Position numbers and translations under genes: made by a program | NCBI RefSeq assembly: GCF_000010065.1 | Contig: NC_006576.1 | Coordinates: 330,001-362,000 of the forward strand | Direction: 5' to 3' | Length of the DNA: 32,000 nucleotides | Origin: Synechococcus elongatus PCC 6301 | GTDB taxonomy: Bacteria; Cyanobacteriota; Cyanobacteriia; Synechococcales; Synechococcaceae | Notes under the pieces: model-generated | What the model was told of the DNA's origin: nothing | The model's input: only the letters and a program-made list of their open reading frames with translations | Database searches by the model: none | In this document: positions 26,003 to 32,000 of the stretch, in pieces | Position numbering within the stretch: the stretch's first letter is position 1 | Layout of the letters: every line of letters begins with the position of its first letter

Positions 26003-27541
26003 ATGGCTCAAGCCACCGCTACTACTGAAAAACTCAATAAATTTGAGAAGCTAAAACTTGAAAAAGATGGTCTCGCTGTCCGCGACCAAATTCAGCATTT
26101 TGCCTCGATTGGCTGGGAAGCAATGGACCCCGGCGATCGCGAACATCGCTTGAAGTGGCTGGGTATTTTTTGGCGACCCGTTACGCCAGGCCGGTTTATG
26201 GCACGGCTCAGAATTCCCAGCGGCATTCTGCAGAGCCAACAGCTCAATGCTCTAGCTAATTTTCTACAACGCTACGGCGACCAGGCCAGCATTGACATCA
26301 CCACTCGCCAAAACTTACAGCTTCGGGGTCTTTTGTTAGAAGACACACCGGAATTTTTAGAACGATTGCATGCAGTGGGCTTAACCAGTGTGCAGTCGGG
26401 TATGGATAACGTTCGCAACATCACTGGCTCGCCGGTTGCTGGACTCGATGCTGCAGAGTTGTTTGATACGCGATCGCTCATTCAAGCGCTTCAAGATGAT
26501 CTGACAGCAGCTGGTCAAGGGAATTCTGAATTCACCAATTTGCCGCGCAAATTCAATATCGCCATTGAGGGTGGACGAGATAACTCGATCCACGCAGAAA
26601 TCAATGACTTAGCATTTACGCCGGCTTATCAAGATGGCACACTCGGGTTCAATGTTTGGGTGGGGGGCTTCTTCTCCTCGACCCGAGTGGCACCAGCCAT
26701 TCCTCTTAATGCTTGGGTGCCGGCGGACCACAGCGTGATTCGACTTAGCCGAGCCATTCTCGAAGTCTTTCGTGACAATGGCTCACGGGGCAATCGCCAA
26801 AAAACTCGCCTGATGTGGCTGATTGATGAGTGGGGGATCGAGCGCTTCCGCCAAGTCGTTAGCGAAGCCTACGGAGCGCCCTTAGCAGCGGCAGCTCCCG
26901 AGCTAATGGACTGGGAGAAACGCGACTTCCTCGGTGTCCATCCCCAAAAGCAAGCGGGTCTCAACTTTGTTGGCCTGCATGTGCCGGTCGGTCGCCTGAC
27001 AACCGAAGACCTCTACGAGCTCGCCCGTCTGGCCGACACTTACGGTCAAGGGGAAGTGCGACTGACCGTTGAGCAGAATGTCATCCTCACCCACATTCCC
27101 GATGCGCAGCTGCCCACTCTCCTCGCCGAGCCACTGCTGACACGGTTCTCGCCCCAGCCAGCCCCCCTGAGCCGTGGCACCGTTTCTTGCACGGGGTCTC
27201 AGTACTGCAACTTTGCGCTGATTGAAACAAAGCAACGAGCGATCGCGATCGCCCAATCCCTCGAAGCAGAACTCGACCTGCCGCGACCAGTTCGCATCCA
27301 CTGGACGGGCTGCCCCAACTCCTGCGGTCAACCGCAAGTCGCTGACATCGGCCTCATGGGAGCCAAGGTTCGCAAAGACGGCCAGATGGTTGAAGGCGTT
27401 GACATTTTCTTAGGCGGCAAGGTTGGCTACGACGCCCACCTCGGTGAAAAAGCGATGACCGGCGTCGCCTGCGAGGATTTGCCCGACGTGCTGCGCCAAC
27501 TGTTGATCGAGCGATTTGGGGCTCAAGCGCGATCGCACTAG
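26003..27541 (+). CDS. nirA: ferredoxin-nitrite reductase (sirohaem / 4Fe-4S)
   Basis: 512 aa. Cys cluster VSCTGSQYCNFA...WTGCPNSCGQ. Two nitrite/sulfite reductase repeats. Confidence 0.95.
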   Translation: MAQATATTEKLNKFEKLKLEKDGLAVRDQIQHFASIGWEAMDPGDREHRLKWLGIFWRPVTPGRFMARLRIPSGILQSQQLNALANFLQRYGDQASIDITTRQNLQLRGLLLEDTPEFLERLHAVGLTSVQSGMDNVRNITGSPVAGLDAAELFDTRSLIQALQDDLTAAGQGNSEFTNLPRKFNIAIEGGRDNSIHAEINDLAFTPAYQDGTLGFNVWVGGFFSSTRVAPAIPLNAWVPADHSVIRLSRAILEVFRDNGSRGNRQKTRLMWLIDEWGIERFRQVVSEAYGAPLAAAAPELMDWEKRDFLGVHPQKQAGLNFVGLHVPVGRLTTEDLYELARLADTYGQGEVRLTVEQNVILTHIPDAQLPTLLAEPLLTRFSPQPAPLSRGTVSCTGSQYCNFALIETKQRAIAIAQSLEAELDLPRPVRIHWTGCPNSCGQPQVADIGLMGAKVRKDGQMVEGVDIFLGGKVGYDAHLGEKAMTGVACEDLPDVLRQLLIERFGAQARSH

Positions 27542-27605
27542 AGCCCACTCTTCACCTAGACCGGAACCCGAACAATTTCCACCCTTTTCTCCACTTCCAA
27601 ACATC

Positions 27606-28937
27606 ATGAGTCAATTTTCTCGGCGCAAATTCCTGTTGACGGCGGGCGGAACTGCAGCAGCAGCCCTCTGGCTCAATGCCTGCGGTAGCAACAACAGCTC
27701 CACTGATACGACTGGTTCGACTTCAACCCCGGCTCCCAGCGGTACGAGTGGCGGCGATGCGCCAGAAGTCAAAGGTGTGACCTTGGGCTTCATTGCCCTG
27801 ACCGATGCAGCGCCGGTGATCATCGCCCTCGAAAAAGGTTTGTTCGCCAAGTACGGCCTACCCGACACCAAGGTCGTCAAGCAAACCTCTTGGGCTGTCA
27901 CCCGCGACAACCTTGAGTTGGGCAGCGATCGCGGCGGCATCGACGGTGCCCACATCCTTAGCCCAATGCCCTACTTGCTGACGGCGGGCACGATCACCAA
28001 GTCGCAGAAGCCGCTGCCGATGTACATCTTGGCGCGACTCAATACCCAAGGTCAGGGCATTTCGCTTTCCAACGAGTTTCTGGCTGAAAAGGTTCAGATT
28101 AAGGATCCAAAACTGAAGGCGATCGCCGACCAGAAGAAAGCCTCAGGCAAACTGCTGAAAGCAGCAGTCACTTTCCCTGGCGGTACCCACGACCTCTGGA
28201 TGCGCTACTGGCTGGCAGCCAATGGCATTGATCCCAACAATGACGCCGACCTGGTGGTGATTCCGCCGCCACAGATGGTCGCCAACATGCAGACCGGTAC
28301 CATGGACACCTTCTGTGTGGGTGAGCCGTGGAATGCACGCTTGGTCAACAAAAAACTCGGTTACACCGCTGCTGTGACTGGCGAACTCTGGAAGTTCCAC
28401 CCCGAAAAAGCGCTGACGATTCGCGCAGATTGGGCAGACAAAAATCCCAAAGCAACAATGGCACTGCTCAAGGCTGTGCAAGAAGCCCAAATCTGGTGCG
28501 AAGATCCCGCCAACTTGGATGAGCTCTGCCAAATCACTGCTCAAGACAAATACTTCAAAACCAGCGTCGAAGACATCAAACCCCGCCTCCAAGGCGACAT
28601 CGACTATGGCGATGGCCGGTCGGTCAAAAACTCTGACCTGCGGATGCGCTTCTGGAGTGAAAACGCCTCCTTCCCCTACAAGAGCCATGATCTCTGGTTC
28701 CTGACTGAGGACATTCGCTGGGGTTATCTGCCCGCTTCGACCGATACAAAAGCCTTGATCGAGAAGGTCAACCGTAGCGATCTCTGGCGCGAAGCTGCTA
28801 AGGCGATTGGTCGCGAGCAAGATATTCCGGCTAGCGATTCCCGGGGGGTAGAGACCTTCTTTGACGGTGTCACCTTCGACCCTGAAAATCCCCAGGCCTA
28901 TCTCGACGGTCTCAAGTTCAAAGCCATCAAAGCCTAA
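27606..28937 (+). CDS. nrtA: nitrate/nitrite ABC transporter substrate-binding lipoprotein
   Basis: ATG 27606 gives MSQFSRRKFLLTAGGTAAAALWLNAC, which has a twin-Arg-like SRRKFL motif and an LNAC lipobox. 443 aa, NMT1/SsuA-like fold. The track ORF starts earlier, inside nirA. Confidence 0.93.
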   Translation: MSQFSRRKFLLTAGGTAAAALWLNACGSNNSSTDTTGSTSTPAPSGTSGGDAPEVKGVTLGFIALTDAAPVIIALEKGLFAKYGLPDTKVVKQTSWAVTRDNLELGSDRGGIDGAHILSPMPYLLTAGTITKSQKPLPMYILARLNTQGQGISLSNEFLAEKVQIKDPKLKAIADQKKASGKLLKAAVTFPGGTHDLWMRYWLAANGIDPNNDADLVVIPPPQMVANMQTGTMDTFCVGEPWNARLVNKKLGYTAAVTGELWKFHPEKALTIRADWADKNPKATMALLKAVQEAQIWCEDPANLDELCQITAQDKYFKTSVEDIKPRLQGDIDYGDGRSVKNSDLRMRFWSENASFPYKSHDLWFLTEDIRWGYLPASTDTKALIEKVNRSDLWREAAKAIGREQDIPASDSRGVETFFDGVTFDPENPQAYLDGLKFKAIKA

Positions 28938-28951
28938 GTCGTCCTGTTCAC

Positions 28952-28975
28952 GCCTGCGATCGCGCGATCGCAGGC
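28952..28975. repeat. 24-nt perfect palindrome gcctgcgatcgcgcgatcgcaggc (two abutting HIP1 copies) in the nrtA-nrtB spacer
   Basis: Read directly. The sequence is self-complementary over all 24 nt. It starts 15 nt after the nrtA stop and ends 19 nt before the nrtB ATG. Confidence 0.9.
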
Positions 28976-28993
28976 ACTCACCCCGCCCCTGTC

Positions 28994-29833
28994 ATGACTG
29001 TCACGCTTCGCCCCCCCAGTTCTGTCCGTCGCTCTGCTTGGGTTAAAAATCCAAAGCTCAAGCCCTTTCTGCCCTACGTTGTCTGCCTGCCAATTTTTCT
29101 GGCGATCTGGCAAGTGATCTCGGCCATCCTCGGCCAAGATCGGCTACCTGGCCCGATCAACGTTGTGGCCAACACTTGGATGCCCTACATCGTCGAGCCC
29201 TTCTTTGATAACGGCGGTACCAGCAAAGGTCTCGGCCTCCAGATTTTGATCTCCCTCCAGCGGGTAGCGATCGGCTATCTCTTGGCAGCCTGCACGGGCA
29301 TCTTGGTCGGTGGTGTTCTAGGGATGAGTAAATTCCTGGGCAAAGGGTTGGATCCGGTGATCCAAGTCTTGCGAACAGTGCCGCCCTTGGCTTGGTTCCC
29401 TATCTCCTTGATGGTGTTTCAAGATGCCAATACCTCGGCAATCTTCGTCATCTTTATCACGGCGATCTGGCCGATCATTATCAATACAGCCGTGGGAATT
29501 AACCAAATTCCCGATGACTATAACAACGTTGCTCGCGTCCTAAAGCTGAGCAAAAAAGATTACATCCTCAACATCCTGATTCCTTCGACCGTTCCCTACG
29601 TTTTTGCAGGTTTGAGAATTGCGGTTGGCCTAGCGTGGCTGGCGATCGTCGCTGCTGAGATGCTCAAAGCGGACGGTGGCATTGGCTACTTTATTTGGGA
29701 TGCCTACAACGCAGGGGGTGACGGTAGCTCGAGCCAGATTATTCTGGCCATCTTCTACGTCGGTTTAGTCGGTCTTAGTCTCGATCGCCTCGTGGCTTGG
29801 GTCGGTCGGCTCGTCAGTCCTGTCAGTCGCTAG
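28994..29833 (+). CDS. nrtB: nitrate/nitrite ABC transporter permease
   Basis: 279 aa with about 6 TM segments. BPD-type permease core (LRTVPPLAWFPISLMVF..., LRIAVGLAWLAIVAAEM). Confidence 0.93.
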   Translation: MTVTLRPPSSVRRSAWVKNPKLKPFLPYVVCLPIFLAIWQVISAILGQDRLPGPINVVANTWMPYIVEPFFDNGGTSKGLGLQILISLQRVAIGYLLAACTGILVGGVLGMSKFLGKGLDPVIQVLRTVPPLAWFPISLMVFQDANTSAIFVIFITAIWPIIINTAVGINQIPDDYNNVARVLKLSKKDYILNILIPSTVPYVFAGLRIAVGLAWLAIVAAEMLKADGGIGYFIWDAYNAGGDGSSSQIILAIFYVGLVGLSLDRLVAWVGRLVSPVSR

Positions 29834-29847
29834 GGAGCCCTATCGCC

Positions 29848-31827
29848 ATGTCTGTTTTCTTAGCGGTTGACCACGTTCATCAGGTCTTTGACCTACCGGG
29901 TGGCGGACAATATATCGCCCTCAAAGATGTCAGTTTGAATATTCGCCCCGGCGAATTTATCTCCTTGATTGGCCACTCCGGCTGTGGTAAATCGACGCTG
30001 CTCAACTTGATTGCTGGCCTTGCCCAACCCAGCAGCGGCGGCATCATTCTTGAAGGTCGGCAGGTCACGGAACCTGGCCCCGATCGCATGGTGGTTTTCC
30101 AGAACTATTCGCTCTTACCGTGGCGAACTGTCCGCCAGAATATCGCCCTTGCCGTCGATAGTGTTCTGCACGATCGCAATCGCACCGAGCGCCGCACGAT
30201 TATCGAAGAAACCATTGATCTTGTTGGGTTGCGGGCCGCAGCCGACAAATATCCCCACGAGATTTCCGGCGGGATGAAACAGCGGGTCGCGATCGCACGC
30301 GGCTTGGCGATTCGGCCCAAACTGCTACTCCTAGATGAACCCTTTGGTGCCTTGGATGCCCTGACCCGTGGCAACCTGCAAGAGCAACTGATGCGGATTT
30401 GCCAAGAGGCTGGTGTGACGGCGGTGATGGTCACCCATGATGTCGACGAGGCATTGTTGCTCTCCGATCGCGTCGTGATGCTAACGAACGGTCCCGCCGC
30501 CCAAATCGGTCAGATTCTGGAAGTTGATTTCCCCCGTCCCCGCCAACGGCTGGAGATGATGGAAACGCCTCACTACTACGATCTGCGCAACGAGCTGATC
30601 AACTTCCTACAGCAACAGCGACGGGCCAAGCGGCGAGCCAAAGCTGCAGCACCAGCTCCGGCTGTGGCAGCGTCGCAGCAGAAAACTGTCCGACTGGGCT
30701 TTTTGCCCGGCAACGACTGCGCTCCCTTGGCGATCGCTCAAGAATTGGGTCTGTTCCAAGACCTCGGTCTGTCCGTGGAACTGCAGTCCTTCCTGACCTG
30801 GGAGGCACTGGAAGACAGCATCCGGCTGGGGCAACTGGAGGGCGCCTTGATGATGGCGGCCCAGCCCCTCGCCATGACCATGGGTCTGGGGGGACACCGG
30901 CCTTTCGCGATCGCAACACCCCTGACGGTCAGCCGCAACGGTGGGGCGATCGCCCTCTCCCGTCGCTACCTCAACGCCGGTGTACGCAGCCTCGAAGATC
31001 TCTGCCAGTTCTTAGCTGCAACTCCCCAGCGATTGCGCCTCGCCATTCCTGATCCAATTGCCATGCCAGCCCTGCTGCTGCGCTATTGGTTGGCCAGCGC
31101 CGGCCTCAACCCCGAGCAAGACGTTGAGCTGGTGGGAATGTCGCCCTACGAAATGGTGGAGGCACTCAAAGCCGGTGACATCGATGGCTTTGCGGCGGGT
31201 GAAATGCGGATTGCTCTCGCCGTCCAAGCAGGAGCCGCCTACGTCCTAGCAACCGATTTGGACATCTGGGCGGGACATCCTGAGAAGGTTTTGGGGCTGC
31301 CAGAAGCGTGGCTACAAGTGAATCCTGAAACCGCGATCGCCCTTTGCTCGGCCCTGCTCAAAGCCGGCGAACTCTGCGACGATCCTCGTCAGCGCGATCG
31401 CATTGTCGAGGTCTTGCAACAACCGCAATATCTCGGGTCTGCTGCCGGCACGGTGCTACAGCGCTACTTTGACTTTGGCTTGGGCGATGAACCCACCCAA
31501 ATTCTGCGCTTCAACCAATTCCACGTCGATCAGGCCAACTACCCCAATCCGCTCGAGGGCACTTGGCTGCTGACTCAGCTCTGCCGCTGGGGTCTGACGC
31601 CCTTACCCAAAAACCGGCAGGAATTGCTCGATCGCGTCTATCGCCGCGATATCTACGAAGCCGCGATCGCTGCCGTGGGCTTCCCGCTCATCACTCCCAG
31701 TCAGCGAGGCTTCGAACTCTTCGATGCGGTGCCCTTCGACCCCGATAGCCCGCTGCGCTACCTCGAACAATTCGAGATCAAAGCGCCGATTCAGGTTGCT
31801 CCCATTCCGCTTGCTACCTCTGCCTAG
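29848..31827 (+). CDS. nrtC: nitrate/nitrite ABC transporter ATPase with a C-terminal NrtA-like regulatory domain
   Basis: ATG 29848 gives 659 aa. Walker A GHSGCGKST, signature ISGGMKQRVAIARG, Walker B LLLLDEPFGALD. A linker QQQRRAKRRAKAAAPAPAVAAS is followed by a ~380-aa solute-binding-like domain. Confidence 0.93.
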   Translation: MSVFLAVDHVHQVFDLPGGGQYIALKDVSLNIRPGEFISLIGHSGCGKSTLLNLIAGLAQPSSGGIILEGRQVTEPGPDRMVVFQNYSLLPWRTVRQNIALAVDSVLHDRNRTERRTIIEETIDLVGLRAAADKYPHEISGGMKQRVAIARGLAIRPKLLLLDEPFGALDALTRGNLQEQLMRICQEAGVTAVMVTHDVDEALLLSDRVVMLTNGPAAQIGQILEVDFPRPRQRLEMMETPHYYDLRNELINFLQQQRRAKRRAKAAAPAPAVAASQQKTVRLGFLPGNDCAPLAIAQELGLFQDLGLSVELQSFLTWEALEDSIRLGQLEGALMMAAQPLAMTMGLGGHRPFAIATPLTVSRNGGAIALSRRYLNAGVRSLEDLCQFLAATPQRLRLAIPDPIAMPALLLRYWLASAGLNPEQDVELVGMSPYEMVEALKAGDIDGFAAGEMRIALAVQAGAAYVLATDLDIWAGHPEKVLGLPEAWLQVNPETAIALCSALLKAGELCDDPRQRDRIVEVLQQPQYLGSAAGTVLQRYFDFGLGDEPTQILRFNQFHVDQANYPNPLEGTWLLTQLCRWGLTPLPKNRQELLDRVYRRDIYEAAIAAVGFPLITPSQRGFELFDAVPFDPDSPLRYLEQFEIKAPIQVAPIPLATSA

Positions 31828-31836
31828 GTCTTGACC

Positions 31837-32000
31837 ATGACTGCGATCCTTCCCTCCACGGCTGCAACGGTGAATACGGGTTTTCTTCATTTCGATTGTG
31901 TTGGCAAAACCTTCCCAACGCCCCGGGGTCCCTACGTGGCGATCGAGGACGTTAATCTCTCGGTGCAACAGGGTGAATTTATCTGTGTGATCGGCCACTC
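31837..32000 (+). CDS. nrtD: nitrate/nitrite ABC transporter ATPase; 3' end cut by the window edge
   Basis: Hand translation from ATG 31837 gives MTAILPSTAATVNTGFLHFDCVGKTFPTPRGPYVAIEDVNLSVQQGEFICVIGHS, running into the Walker A motif at the edge. Not in the ORF track. Confidence 0.85.
   Translation, partial: MTAILPSTAATVNTGFLHFDCVGKTFPTPRGPYVAIEDVNLSVQQGEFICVIGH

Noticed and set aside
1-32000. A CRISPR array or mobile element suggested by the many repeated GCGATCGC copies and palindromes.
   Set aside because: The repeats are only 8 nt long, irregularly spaced and mostly inside coding regions. There are no repeat-spacer periodicity, cas genes, transposase or integrase ORFs, terminal inverted repeats or target-site duplications.

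Overview
The window reads as ordinary core chromosome of a Synechococcus elongatus-type cyanobacterium (PCC 7942 / PCC 6301 lineage). Three things support this: the HIP1 octamer GCGATCGC is very dense (13 copies counted in the first 3.1 kb), G+C is moderately high, and the right third carries the classic nitrate-assimilation locus. That locus is nirB-ntcB on the minus strand, transcribed divergently from nirA-nrtA-nrtB-nrtC-nrtD(partial) on the plus strand. The shared control region holds three GTA-N8-TAC NtcA boxes and a TGCA-N5-TGCA LysR-type box.

The rest is tightly packed housekeeping or conserved genes. Left to right they are: rdgB (partial), a TrkA/RCK protein, an NhaP-type Na+/H+ antiporter, a THUMP RNA methyltransferase, a COG2509-type FAD protein, tpiA, an M48 peptidase, a Get3d/ArsA-type ATPase, a DUF2358-like protein, a ClC channel with CBS domains, a GST, a class-V aminotransferase, a stand-alone cNMP-binding domain protein, a small YtxH-like protein, an SbcD/Mre11-like phosphoesterase, tsaD, psaF-psaJ (psaJ is absent from the ORF track), two hypothetical genes tightly coupled to crtH, a Wzt-type ABC ATPase and a Crp-family regulator.

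I found no rRNA, tRNA, CRISPR array, transposase, integrase or recognisable defence system, and I cannot honestly point to a clearly novel multi-gene system. The items most worth a second look are:
- two conserved genes (rdgB and the THUMP methylase) that are each split by a single-nucleotide frameshift;
- a roughly 1-kb low-GC, HIP1-free patch (20150-21140) holding a decayed C-terminal fragment of a NitT/TauT-type ABC ATPase, next to an orphan wzt-like gene;
- a tightly coupled crtH / 79-aa / 225-aa membrane protein module;
- a co-directional ClC-DUF2358-Get3d-M48 string;
- several perfect palindromes or direct repeats in intergenic regions, including a 24-nt fused double HIP1 between nrtA and nrtB.

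Family assignments come from motif recognition by eye. No searches were run.
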